DNA of 64,000 nucleotides. It comes from Methanomassiliicoccaceae archaeon (lineage in GTDB: Archaea; Thermoplasmatota; Thermoplasmata; Methanomassiliicoccales; Methanomassiliicoccaceae). The notes beneath the pieces are model-generated. The model was not told where the DNA came from and did not search any database. It saw only the letters and a program-made list of their open reading frames with translations. Position numbers and translations under genes: made by a program. Of this stretch, positions 9,664 through 19,596 are shown in pieces. Within the stretch, counting starts at the first letter, position 1. Every line of letters starts with the position of its first letter. The stretch spans positions 160,001-224,000 of the forward strand of contig CAVSJV010000007.1 in the NCBI GenBank assembly GCA_963728405.1, in the 5' to 3' direction.

Positions 9664-9884
9664 GTGAACTGCCCAAAGTGTGGCAACGATATGGAGGGCG
9701 GGTTCCCCGGGCCGAGAGCTTCATCGGAGGGGTCAAGTGGATGCAGGAGCCGGAGTCCGAGAACCCCGGGAAACGTGGCAAGCGCCCCAGGGACAAGGCC
9801 CTGGACCCCGACACCCAGGCCCGCTGCCTGGAGAAGCTCGAAGGCGTTCTGAAAATGAACGGCAACGACGTGACCAGCGGATGA
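9664..9884 (+). pseudogene. Frameshifted small zinc-ribbon protein
   Basis: MNCPKCGNDMEGGF continues in another frame as AESFIGGVKW...ARC. Confidence 0.5.
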
Positions 9885-9949
9885 GGGAGGAAAGGTATCT
9901 GTTCCCCAGAGGGTAGGGCGGAAGCCCATCTGGGCGCTGACCCTGCCTG

Positions 9950-10689
9950 GCCTGGAAGCCATCCAAGATGCGGCCAACAAGATCGGCAGCGCCAGGGGGA
10001 GCCTAAGGGGTGGAGAAGGGCAAAGGCCAAGCTGCTCACGTGTGCCTACATAACCCACCGGGGCGCGGCCGTCCGAGCCCCGCTTGGCCCACCTGGTGGA
10101 CCTGAACACCCGCACCTGGAAGCTTTACATCCGTGTGCCCAAAGGCGGGGCCAAGTGGGCCGAGAACCGCCGTGTCACCACTATCCCACCGTACCGCCAA
10201 GCCTTCCTTGACTTCCTCAAGGCGAGAGAGGAGCTTCTGCGACACTACGGGCGGGAGGAGTCAACGTACCTTATCCAAAAACTCCAGGAGGATAAGGACA
10301 CCTTTTACAGCTCCAACCACTTCCGGGAGCTCAAGAAGGAGTTGCGGGAGGTCCCGGGCATCGAGTTCAAGTTCAAGGACTTCCGGCCCACCTTCGCGTC
10401 CCTGACCGTGGAGATGGAACTCAACAGCCTCATAGACGTATTGACCACGCTAGGACACTCGAACGTTAAGACCACTCAGCGCTATTACGCCCAGATCCGC
10501 TCTGTCAGCGCAGGAGAGCGCATCAACAAGCTATGGGAGAGCGCGCTGAAGAAGGAGGCCCCCACCACGTCACCGCCCGGTGAGGTGGAGGAGCTGCTCA
10601 AGACCCTCGGAGTATCGTCGGTGGAGGAGCTAAGGGCCGCCCTGTCCCAAGACTCAATCCCCGCAAAAAGGGCCGAATTGATTCGTTAA
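9950..10689 (+). pseudogene. Tyrosine recombinase/integrase remnant (catalytic C-terminal part)
   Basis: TGARPSE immediately upstream of the ORF, FKDFRPTFA, LGHSNVKTTQRYYA; N-terminal part broken by stops and frameshifts. Confidence 0.8.
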
Positions 10690-10721
10690 AATGGCTTCCT
10701 GGCTACTATTGAGATGCTTCT

Positions 10722-10742
10722 CGACGGGATCACTTCTCTTTT
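10722..10742 (+). repeat. attR-like imperfect copy of the tRNA-Glu 3' end
   Basis: Matches 7048-7068 with 2 mismatches; 32 bp downstream of the integrase stop. Confidence 0.7.
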
Positions 10743-10934
10743 ATACAGAATAATATTATATATCAGAATTAAATCGTTTTAGGATTCTACTGCCCAGTTT
10801 GGGTCAACTTTCATTGCCACCTCTTCGTGCAGCGCTGTCGCGGCATGGCTCTCATCGCGGAGCCCTGCTTTTCGTCAGCCGTTTGGTCGATTTTTAATAG
10901 TGGCGGCTCCCCAGTGAATTAAACGGTGATTCCG

Positions 10935-11090
10935 TTGGCAGAGAAAGATATCACGAAGGAGATCGAGGAGATCAAGGTTCGATTGGAAAAGCTAGAGAAG
11001 CACGTTGGGTCGTGCAACGAGCACGAAGAGGCAGAGGGGCACGGTCAAGAGCATGGCGGGGCCCATCGCGAGCATGGAAAGAAGTCCTAA
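10935..11090 (+). CDS. 51-aa small protein with a coiled-coil N-terminus and His-rich C-terminus (not in the ORF track)
   Basis: GGTGAT RBS before TTG; MAEKDITKEIEEIKVRLEKLEKHVGSCNEHEEAEGHGQEHGGAHREHGKKS; TATA-like TTTTTAATA upstream. Confidence 0.6.
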   Translation: MAEKDITKEIEEIKVRLEKLEKHVGSCNEHEEAEGHGQEHGGAHREHGKKS

Positions 11091-11643
11091 GATTCGCCGC
11101 TTTGCTAAAAGATTCACATCCACCACGGCAGAACGCAGGACGACAGGCTACTCTCATTGATGTTGATTCGACCACCGCTTACAATGGTGGGGGAGGATTG
11201 CGTAGCGGATCAGCGCTCCGGACATAGGCCTGAGATGCACGACCTAGTCGAAATGTCACTGGTGCGCAGGAGCCATGTAAGATAGTCGGCCTGTAAGGCT
11301 CGACAGGCCAAACCTTTCTAATATGCTCTGGGAGAAGGTCTCTCACATCGCCTATGGTCGTGGCCCCTATGGTCCCCCACAGGATCATCATCTATGAATC
11401 TGGTCTCAAGGATGGGGACAACAAGGTCAACCAATGATACTATTGTCCGACAACTCTGCGTAGGGTAGAGAACAGGCTTGCTCGGGAGCATATCGGGCGA
11501 GCATAAGCGAACATGTTCGCCATAATGGTTTCAAGTCGTAAGTGGATTGTGGCCTCCACTTATGTTAAAGAATCACGGCCAGCTTCAGGAGGCACCCCGA
11601 ACAGCGCTTGCCCGGGCTGCGCCCACCGGTGAGGTGAAATGTA

Positions 11644-12342
11644 ATGGGTCGATGGCGATTATCCATAATATATGATTCACCAGCTCTTCCCGGGTTCGCT
11701 GAGGGGTGGGGATTTTCCGCCCTCATCTCATCCCAGGATGGCAACATCCTTTTCGATTGTGGATGGGACGGCCACTTGCTGAGGGATAACCTTTCCTGCC
11801 TGGGGTTCGCTCTCTCGGACATCCGAGCGGTGGTGCTTTCCCACTCCCACTGGGACCACCTGACTGGCCTGCCGGAGGTCCTTAGTGACCCTGCTGTCAA
11901 CAGATCTCTGGAGGTCATTGTGCCAGCCGGTTCCTCCAAGAACCTGATGAAGGAGATAGGGCGCAGGGCTACGGTCAGGGAGATCGAGGCGGCTCAGGAG
12001 ATATTCCCGGGCATGTGGGCCACTGGCCCACTCGGAGGGGAGGTCCTCGAGCAGGCGTTGGTCCTGCGCGGCGGGGGGGATGTGGCGATTTTGACCGGTT
12101 GCGGTCACCCAGGTCTAGCTGCGATCCTCGCTGCCGGTTCCTCGTGGGGGCTTCCCCGCTGGTTGATCGGTGGACTTCATGACTGCACCCTCTCTGAGCT
12201 GGAGCGCTCCCTAAGAGGGCAACCGGCGCTACAGGCAGTCCTTTGCCACTGCACACGGTGTAAAGTAGAGGCGTCGTCAGCTCTCCCCGATAGGGTTCGC
12301 GTCGGGGCGGCTGGCGAGACCTACGACCTATGGCTGCGATGA
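11644..12342 (+). CDS. MBL-fold metallo-hydrolase (COG1237-like)
   Basis: GWGFSALI, ILFDCG, SHSHWDHLTG, TGCGHPG, IGGLH, CHCT. Confidence 0.85.
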   Translation: MGRWRLSIIYDSPALPGFAEGWGFSALISSQDGNILFDCGWDGHLLRDNLSCLGFALSDIRAVVLSHSHWDHLTGLPEVLSDPAVNRSLEVIVPAGSSKNLMKEIGRRATVREIEAAQEIFPGMWATGPLGGEVLEQALVLRGGGDVAILTGCGHPGLAAILAAGSSWGLPRWLIGGLHDCTLSELERSLRGQPALQAVLCHCTRCKVEASSALPDRVRVGAAGETYDLWLR

Positions 12343-12764
12343 AAAAAGGGTGCCGATGACCAGCGGAGAGGGGGGGAACAGGAAAGACATCGTTGGATAG
12401 CTACCTGCACAATATGCTGACCAGTAAAAATGTCGCAGCCACGCCTGTTCCTCCCGCTCATTCAACATGGTTCTTGGTTTCCAAAATCAGTATTCTCTTT
12501 ACTTATACTTACAAAAAAATGATAAACTATTTAAGCAACCCTCTCACATGGGAGAGTTGCATTAGAAAGCATCGTGTCTCGGTTGCGAGGCTGCCTGAAC
12601 GGCCAACGACGCTTTCTTATGTTACACTTCTTGACCATTGCTAAATGGTCTTTGACACCAGGTTTGTCCTGGCTACCCTTTTTATCGATCTTGCCTAGGG
12701 CCCGGGCTTGTTGAGATGAAAAAGAGGATAGGCCTTTCTAGGCCCAATGTGACCATTGCCTTGC

Positions 12765-13097
12765 TCAGAGGGGTCCTGACAACGTCGGCAGGAAGATGCC
12801 CACAATGGCGGTGAGGATCCATATGATGACCGCGATGAGGAGGGCCTTCAGCCATCCTATCTTGTATAGTGCCTTCAGCGCCAGCAGCCAGACGATGCCC
12901 CCGATGATCGCCGCCAGCAGGCCATTCCCTAGGAGCCAGTATGCTGCAGTATAGATGACGGTACCGATGATAGCGGCCACTAAAGCCGTCCCGATCCCCT
13001 CCCTCTCCCCGGTCAGCTTGGTTACGACCCAAATCACTAGGGTGCTGACTATGAGCGCTACTATGAACCCGATGATTGCGCTGGACACCTCGACCAT
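12765..13097 (-). CDS. Small 4-TM membrane protein
   Basis: 110 aa, almost entirely hydrophobic helices. Confidence 0.7.
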   Translation of the reverse strand: MVEVSSAIIGFIVALIVSTLVIWVVTKLTGEREGIGTALVAAIIGTVIYTAAYWLLGNGLLAAIIGGIVWLLALKALYKIGWLKALLIAVIIWILTAIVGIFLPTLSGPL

Positions 13098-13238
13098 GCT
13101 GATTGTTTAAGATTCGAAGGTATATCAAGTGGCCGGGCACGTCAGTTATGCTCCACTTCTAGGTCGTGATCGCTCTTATGGACCTCCGTTGATATCGGGC
13201 CCCATAATAATTTAAACGGGCCATCGGATGATTGCCCA

Positions 13239-14423
13239 ATGCCTGTGGTCTCTCCTAGGAAGGGTTCGTTGATCGGTCTGGCGGTGATGGGGCAGCTATC
13301 CCTCTCCCTGCTGATGCCTCTCCCTCGGATCAATGTCTCCTTCCCGAAAAAGCATAAAAGAGACCAGGACTCCGAGCCCGTCGCCAATGATGAAAACACC
13401 AAACTGATCGACTGGAGCGGGCGCAAGATAACGCTGTTCCATGACCATCGTCTTCTCCCCCGGGTAAGTATAGTCTTCCCAAGCGTGGAGAAGGGGGCCG
13501 AGGAGGCCGAGGACATCAGCGTCCTGAGCGACGAAGCGCTCATCAAACAGATGATGCTGGATGAGCAAAGGGAAGGGGCGCCCGAAGGTGTCGAACCAAT
13601 GGTGGATCGTCCTTCCCAGCCGATATCGGGTGGTGATCTGTCCCTGGAGGAAGCGATCAAGAATGCCATGAAGGTGGAGCAGGATGCCGAGGCCCTTGAG
13701 GTGGCCAAGAGCATCGTGAATGCCGATGGCGCTCGAGATGTCGCGCTCCCTGGTGGGGTTGACATGCATGAGGACGAACCCTCATACAGGGGAGATGGGT
13801 CCGACACCATCTCCCAGGGCTCCATGGTCCTGGTGGAGGGAAAGAAAGGCGCGATCACCAGGGGGGTGGCAGAGAACCTATGCTATGGTCTGCTGGAGAA
13901 TGGTTACTCGGTCACCTATGTGACGACCTCGCTCGCGGTCCAGGACTTCATCGTGGAGATGCATGCCCACAATTACCGCATCGCCCAGCATCTCCCTGAC
14001 CGTAAGGTCTTGGTCATACCAGTCTACCCCATCATCGAAGGCAAAGGGAACACCGATGGCCTACTGGACAAGCTGATGTCATCGTCCCAGTTGCAGACCA
14101 CCGACACCATCATCGTGGATAGCCTTTCTGATTTCCTGGGCGGCCACTTCGACGAGGTCATCTGCATGCGATTGCTCGAGTATCTCCGGCACCTCATCAG
14201 TATGGGCAAGACCGTCTTCCTGGTCGTGGAGGACGGGCAGAAGGGCATTCTTTCCCTTCGCCTGGCCTCGGATCTGCATTTCGCCCTTCCGTCCCGGGAT
14301 AGCAAAGGGGTCCAGGTCAAGAGGTATCACCCGCCCAGGGAGGGCTCCCGGGACATTCTGCATTTCCGCATTGATCCGATCGCCGGACTCATTTCCCAGC
14401 CTCGCAGGACAGAGAAGAACTGA
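13239..14423 (+). CDS. FlaH/ArlH-like RecA/KaiC-fold protein with acidic N-terminal extension and degenerate Walker A
   Basis: GSMVLVEG..., LCYGLLENGYSVTYVTT, LVIPVYPII and IIVDSLS match the FlaH pattern; Walker A region reads GKKGAITR. Confidence 0.65.
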   Translation: MPVVSPRKGSLIGLAVMGQLSLSLLMPLPRINVSFPKKHKRDQDSEPVANDENTKLIDWSGRKITLFHDHRLLPRVSIVFPSVEKGAEEAEDISVLSDEALIKQMMLDEQREGAPEGVEPMVDRPSQPISGGDLSLEEAIKNAMKVEQDAEALEVAKSIVNADGARDVALPGGVDMHEDEPSYRGDGSDTISQGSMVLVEGKKGAITRGVAENLCYGLLENGYSVTYVTTSLAVQDFIVEMHAHNYRIAQHLPDRKVLVIPVYPIIEGKGNTDGLLDKLMSSSQLQTTDTIIVDSLSDFLGGHFDEVICMRLLEYLRHLISMGKTVFLVVEDGQKGILSLRLASDLHFALPSRDSKGVQVKRYHPPREGSRDILHFRIDPIAGLISQPRRTEKN

Positions 14424-14539
14424 CCATCTGGCAGTAAGCTGCTATTCTTTTATTAATATTAATATCACTAGTGATTATCAGTAGAATACCTACTAATATA
14501 CTCATTTTCGGTCCCAGAGGTATAACGGAGGGTCTGAAA

Positions 14540-17500
14540 ATGAGGTTCAGAGCAAGCACCGCCCAGGCCATGTTCCTCATGGCCATTCTGCTTCTCAGCT
14601 CGCTCTATTTTCCCATGGCCAGTGCTGATCCCAATCCTGATCCTCCCTTCATGAACGATCCGGTGGCGGGGAACGCCCAGGTGACCTTGTCGTGGACCGT
14701 ACCCTATGATTATTCCTACGCGATCGAAGGGTACAGCATCTACCGGGGAACGGTCCTGGGACAGGAAGCGGTGTACTGCACCGTTATCGGTTCATCCACT
14801 ACCGCCTATATTGACACCAACCTCACCAATGGCCAGCCCTATTATTACTACATCGTCGCCATCAACTATTATGGGCCCAGCGAGCCATCGAACACCGTCT
14901 CCTGCATCCCCTACGGGCCGCCCGGCATACCCACAGCCCTCAACGGCGTTCCAGGCACCGGGCTCATCGACCTGTCCTGGACCGCGCCCTACGACAATGG
15001 CGGAACGCCGATCATCCACTACCGTATCTATCGTGGCACGCTGCCAGGGGCGGAGATTTTCCTGGCCATCTCTGTGGACACCACCTTCGTCGATGACGGG
15101 CTCTCGGAGGGCCGGACCTTCTATTATCGGGTCTCGGCGATCACCGATTTCGCAGAAGGCAATCGCTCTGCAGAGATCAAGGTGGTCCTGGCCGACGTCC
15201 CAGGCCCAGTCACCACCCTGGTGGCGACGTCAGGGAACGGGTCGATCGCCCTCAATTGGACGGCCCCTGCCGATGTCGGAGGCTCGAACATCTCGGGATA
15301 CCAGATCTATCGGGGGATCACGACGGGCTCAGAGACCTTCCTGAGCAACTCCCCCACCACTGCCTTCAACGACACCGCCCTGGACAACGGGCAGACCTAC
15401 TTCTACCGGGTCTCGGCCTCCAATGATGCCGGTCCTGGACCACTCTCGAACGAGGTCTCCGCGACCCCTCTATCGGTGCCCACTGCACCGACCTCGCTGC
15501 AGGCCTATAAAGGGGACCAGCAAGCGGTCCTCTCCTGGTCCGCGCCGGTCATCGAGGGAGGAACTCCGATCATGGAGTACCGCATCTACCGCGGCACCAC
15601 CCTCGGCGCTGAGATCTTCCTGACCAGGGCCACTACACTCAACTACACCGATGCCAATCTCACTAACGGCTGCACCTATTACTACAAGGTCAGTGCGGTC
15701 AACGCCCTGGGTGAGGGTCCCAAGAGCATCACGGTGACCGTTGTCCCGCTTACAGTTCCAGGCGTGCCTGGAGGCGCGGCCGCCAGGGGGGACCTTTTCA
15801 AGGTCGTCTTGACCTGGACAACGCCGACGGTGACCGGCGGCTCTAACATAACTGGATACAATATCTATCGCAGTGAAGGCCCTGGGGCCGAGGCGTTCCT
15901 GATGGCCGTCGGTAAGGTGCTCACCTTCGTCGATGCCGGGCTCAACGCCAACACGACCTGTTACTATTACATCACCGCCCTCAACGGGGCTGGAGAGGGA
16001 GCGCCGTCCATCGAGGTCCACGCCACCACCTACGGGATGCCCAGCGAGCCTCGCGCCCTGGCCGCGGTCCCGGGCAATACTACCGTTCAGCTTAGCTGGA
16101 GCCAGCCGACCGATAACGGTCGTACGGCGATCGCTCAGTACAAGATCTACCGAGGTACGTCCTCGGGAAGCGAGGTCTTGCTGACCACGGCCGAGGGGCT
16201 CAATTATAACGATATAGAACTGACTAATGGGCAGACCTACTTCTACCGGGTCAGCGCCGTTAACGCCGTTGGAGAGGGGCCCCTGGGCCAGGAGATATCG
16301 TCCACTCCAGCACTGCCCCCGACGGAGCCACTATGGTTGCTCGCTTCGCCCTCTTCACAGCAGGTTACCCTTAACTGGGGCGCCCCCCTATCCGACGGTG
16401 GGTCGCCGGTCACCGGCTACAGGATCTACCGCTCCACTCCACCGGGCGATGTCAAGACCCTGTTGACCGCCGTCATCGGCACGAGCTACATCGACAGCGG
16501 CCTGCTCAACGGGGAGACCTATTACTATCAGATCTCGGCCTACAACGCAGCGGGCGAAGGTACGCTCTCGTCCGAGGTCTCGGTCACTCCCTCTCGCGCT
16601 CCCGGACAACCTACTGGCCTTCACGCGGTTGGAGGACTACGTCAGGCGACGCTGACCTGGACCGCTCCGACCGATACCGGCGGCTCGACCATCAGCGGGT
16701 ACAACGTTTACCGTGGATCTTTGCCCGACGGCGAGGGGGCCACTCTGGTCGCCGCGGGCGTACAGGCACCGTTCACCGATACTGGCCTCGATGACTCTAC
16801 GACCTATTACTATCAGGTGAGCGCCGTAAATTCGGTGGGAGCCGGGTTGAGGTCGGAGGCGGTGGCAGTGACCGCCCTTCATGTGCCCCCATCCCCCCAC
16901 AACCTGGTGGCGGTGGCCGGGGACCGGACCGTCGACCTCGCCTGGGAGGCCTCCGCATCGAACGACGGATCCCCCCTCACCTATCGCCTCTATCGGTCCA
17001 CCACCTCGGGAGCGGAGACCTACCTGGCCACGGTATCTTCGACCTCCTATCATGACGGCGGCGTCGTCAACGGCCTGACCTACCACTACCGTGTGTCGGC
17101 GGTCAACGCCACCGGCGAGGGCAGGGCGACCACGGAGGCCTCGGCCACGCCTTGTACCGTACCCGGCGCTCCCCTCAACCTCACCGCTGAGGCCGGGGAC
17201 AGCCTGGTCATCCTTCAGTGGAACCTCCCCTACGACAATGGCGGAAGTGCCATCACCGGTTACCGGCTGTACTGGAGGAACGCGCCCTCCGAGGAGCTCA
17301 GGGTGATCAATGTGAGCGGGACGGCGCAGTTCCACGAAGGGCTGACCAATGGCCTTCCCTATTACTACAAGGTCGCGGCGGTCAACGCGGCGGGCGAAGG
17401 GCCTGCTTCCGACACGGTCGTCGCTACCCCTCGGGCCAAGCCCGGTACGCCCTATGATCTGAAGGCCACGGGAGGGGATCAAAAGGTGACGCTCACCTGG

Positions 17501-17860
17501 TCCGCGCCCATGGAATCGAACAGCGCCAACATCCAGGGTTATCGCATCTACCGGGGCAACAGCTCCATGGACCTGCTGCTGTACGACATTTCTACCAACA
17601 CTACCTACATCGATACCCACGTCGTCAACGGCCTGACCTACCACTACCGCGTGTCGGCGGTCAACGCCACCGGCGAGGGCCGTACCTCCAACGAGGCCAG
17701 CGCCACGCCGGCCGGACAGTCGCAGGACATCATGAGCGTCCTGGGACGGTATTGGATGGAGATCCTCATCATCGTCATCGCCGTAATGGTCGTCGTAGGC
17801 ACGGTCTTCTTAATGGTCGGTAGCGGCATGCTCTCCCTAGGAAAAGAGGGCAAAGAATGA
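14540..17860 (+). CDS. Cell-surface protein with 11 fibronectin type III repeats, signal peptide and C-terminal TM anchor
   Basis: Repeated P..P..L.A..G...V.L.W..P...GG..I.GY.IYR...Y.Y.VSA.N..GEG units; GGAGGG RBS before ATG 14540. Confidence 0.9.
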   Translation: MRFRASTAQAMFLMAILLLSSLYFPMASADPNPDPPFMNDPVAGNAQVTLSWTVPYDYSYAIEGYSIYRGTVLGQEAVYCTVIGSSTTAYIDTNLTNGQPYYYYIVAINYYGPSEPSNTVSCIPYGPPGIPTALNGVPGTGLIDLSWTAPYDNGGTPIIHYRIYRGTLPGAEIFLAISVDTTFVDDGLSEGRTFYYRVSAITDFAEGNRSAEIKVVLADVPGPVTTLVATSGNGSIALNWTAPADVGGSNISGYQIYRGITTGSETFLSNSPTTAFNDTALDNGQTYFYRVSASNDAGPGPLSNEVSATPLSVPTAPTSLQAYKGDQQAVLSWSAPVIEGGTPIMEYRIYRGTTLGAEIFLTRATTLNYTDANLTNGCTYYYKVSAVNALGEGPKSITVTVVPLTVPGVPGGAAARGDLFKVVLTWTTPTVTGGSNITGYNIYRSEGPGAEAFLMAVGKVLTFVDAGLNANTTCYYYITALNGAGEGAPSIEVHATTYGMPSEPRALAAVPGNTTVQLSWSQPTDNGRTAIAQYKIYRGTSSGSEVLLTTAEGLNYNDIELTNGQTYFYRVSAVNAVGEGPLGQEISSTPALPPTEPLWLLASPSSQQVTLNWGAPLSDGGSPVTGYRIYRSTPPGDVKTLLTAVIGTSYIDSGLLNGETYYYQISAYNAAGEGTLSSEVSVTPSRAPGQPTGLHAVGGLRQATLTWTAPTDTGGSTISGYNVYRGSLPDGEGATLVAAGVQAPFTDTGLDDSTTYYYQVSAVNSVGAGLRSEAVAVTALHVPPSPHNLVAVAGDRTVDLAWEASASNDGSPLTYRLYRSTTSGAETYLATVSSTSYHDGGVVNGLTYHYRVSAVNATGEGRATTEASATPCTVPGAPLNLTAEAGDSLVILQWNLPYDNGGSAITGYRLYWRNAPSEELRVINVSGTAQFHEGLTNGLPYYYKVAAVNAAGEGPASDTVVATPRAKPGTPYDLKATGGDQKVTLTWSAPMESNSANIQGYRIYRGNSSMDLLLYDISTNTTYIDTHVVNGLTYHYRVSAVNATGEGRTSNEASATPAGQSQDIMSVLGRYWMEILIIVIAVMVVVGTVFLMVGSGMLSLGKEGKE
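17063..17680 (+). repeat. 60-bp near-identical direct repeat in FN3 repeats 9 and 11 (17063-17122; 17621-17680)
   Basis: GTCGTCAACGGCCTGACCTACCACTACCG(T/C)GTGTCGGCGGTCAACGCCACCGGCGAGGGC, 59/60 identical. Confidence 0.9.
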
Positions 17861-17916
17861 GCATTCAGTTCACCCGCGGAATCATTTAAACATGCTCATG
17901 GCGCGGCCGGTCAGGC

Positions 17917-18312
17917 ATGTCCGAGAAGGTCATCGAGGCCAATGAGCTGGTTCGAACATATCGTTCCTCGACCGGCCTGCTGCGCAAGAAGAAGGAAATG
18001 TTGGCAGTGGACCAGATCTCGTTCTCGGTGGCGAAGGGAGAGATCTTCGGCATGCTCGGGCCCAACGGGGGCGGAAAGGCGACCACCGTCAAGGTGCTCA
18101 CCACCCTCCTGACCCCGACGGGTGGCAATACATCGGTGTCGGGCTTCGATGTGCTCAAGGGATCGGTGGAGGTCCGCAAGTGCATCGGGCTCATACTCGG
18201 TGGCGAAAAATGCCTTTTCTACCGAGTCACCGGCCGTCAGAACCCCAATTGCTTCGCCGATCTGTACGGGGTCCCCATGCAGTACCGGGACCGGCGGCTC
18301 CAAAGGGCCTGA
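17917..18312 (+). pseudogene. Truncated ABC transporter ATP-binding protein (DrrA-like N-terminal half)
   Basis: AVDQISFSV.KGEIFGMLGPNGGGKATT; ends before the signature and Walker B motifs; no permease gene follows. Confidence 0.75.
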
Positions 18313-18514
18313 AGGTCGGGTCCCCTTCCGTTTCTCTCTTCTTTCAGTGAACATGAACAATATGATGGGCTCAGGAAAATGTAATTAACGGCGCATTCGT
18401 TTTACGTTCCAATATTTTTCTTTTCTTTGCTGGATAATATATTATCTCCTATGATAGCAGTAACTTGTTTATACGGTGGGTTCCGAATTGAACGTCGCGG
18501 AGCGTTGATGGTCC

Positions 18515-19531
18515 ATGGTCAGTAAGACTAAGGATCCTAAGATTGAATCTAAAAAGGAAAAAAGCGAAGTGAAGACCGAACGTCTAGCCGCTGACAAAAA
18601 GGAAGGGACGACCGACCTGAAGGAAGGCGTAGCGGACACGGGCGAGAAGCTCAAGAAGAAAAGGGGGAAAAGATCTATGATGGACGAGCAAAAGCGGAAG
18701 GATGTGAAGGGAAAGCTCACCGAGGAAGAGAGGGTCCGAAGCCTCAAGGAAGGCGGCGAGACCATGAGGGCCCAGCTGGCCATGGAAGAGGGCGAGCGAG
18801 CCGCTCGGGAGGGATCACCGGGTAGGGAGAGCTACCTGGTCTCGGAAGAAGAGCGAGAGCGGCGGAGGCTGGCCGGGACTGGCGACCCCTATAGGGGCTA
18901 CGGGGAGACCCAGAGAGGGGAGATGGCAATGTGGGACACAAAAGCGCCACCAGGAAAGTCTCTGACCGAGGAAGAGATGCGGAGGACCGGGTCGGCGAGG
19001 GTAGGCTATGAGTCCGGAACAGGCAGCTACTATTCCGAGATGCCCGACCGCCCCACGGGAACTGCCGGCCCCGAAAGCTCTTTCGGTAGGACCGAACGCA
19101 CGCCGAGCGGTCGGCAGTATGCGGAAGGGGGGAAGAGCGAGGGTGCGGGGACCCCGACGGCTCAAGAGATTGGCAGTGATGTCATGGCCAAGACCAAGGC
19201 TACCGGAAGTACTATGGTGGCCAAGACAAAAGAAATATCATCGGGCGTTACCGAAAAGGCCAAGGAGTACACAGAGGGCACCAAAGCGGAGGACTCAGCC
19301 CACCGGGCAGGGATCGCCGTCGGAATGGCCCTCAGGAAAGCAGCATCGGTGGTTGGAGAGATGGGGAGTGGGCTGAAGAAAGGGCTCCGGGGGCACGAAG
19401 AAGCCCAACCGCCGAAAGGGGGATCGGCCGAAATGCCGTCTCAGCGCAAGGAAGGGGAGATGGTGGAAAAAGAGACTCCCACCCGGGAGGAGAAGAGCTA
19501 CCAGGAAACCCGGCGGAAGGAGAACCCCTGA
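18515..19531 (+). CDS. Highly hydrophilic, probably disordered LEA-like protein
   Basis: Rich in K/E/G/T/S with no hydrophobic core; AKTKATG.../VTEKAKEYTE segments. Confidence 0.6.
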   Translation: MVSKTKDPKIESKKEKSEVKTERLAADKKEGTTDLKEGVADTGEKLKKKRGKRSMMDEQKRKDVKGKLTEEERVRSLKEGGETMRAQLAMEEGERAAREGSPGRESYLVSEEERERRRLAGTGDPYRGYGETQRGEMAMWDTKAPPGKSLTEEEMRRTGSARVGYESGTGSYYSEMPDRPTGTAGPESSFGRTERTPSGRQYAEGGKSEGAGTPTAQEIGSDVMAKTKATGSTMVAKTKEISSGVTEKAKEYTEGTKAEDSAHRAGIAVGMALRKAASVVGEMGSGLKKGLRGHEEAQPPKGGSAEMPSQRKEGEMVEKETPTREEKSYQETRRKENP

Positions 19532-19596
19532 ACTGTGAGGGCTCGCCCCTCCTTCTTATCTTTCTTTTATTAAAATTGATGTTAGAGGAAAAGGTT

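Larger units (their letters stand above)
7048..10742. mobile_element. Decayed integrative element at the 3' end of tRNA-Glu
   Basis: Direct repeats CGACGGGAGCACTTCACTTTT (7048-7068) and CGACGGGATCACTTCTCTTTT (10722-10742), 19/21 identical; tyrosine-integrase remnant next to the distal repeat; pseudogenes inside. Confidence 0.7.

Noticed and set aside
16637-17644. Long antisense or alternate-frame ORFs (also 35047-36024, 55542-56369, 39355-40179)
   Set aside because: Shadow ORFs of well-supported genes, expected with GC-rich codon usage
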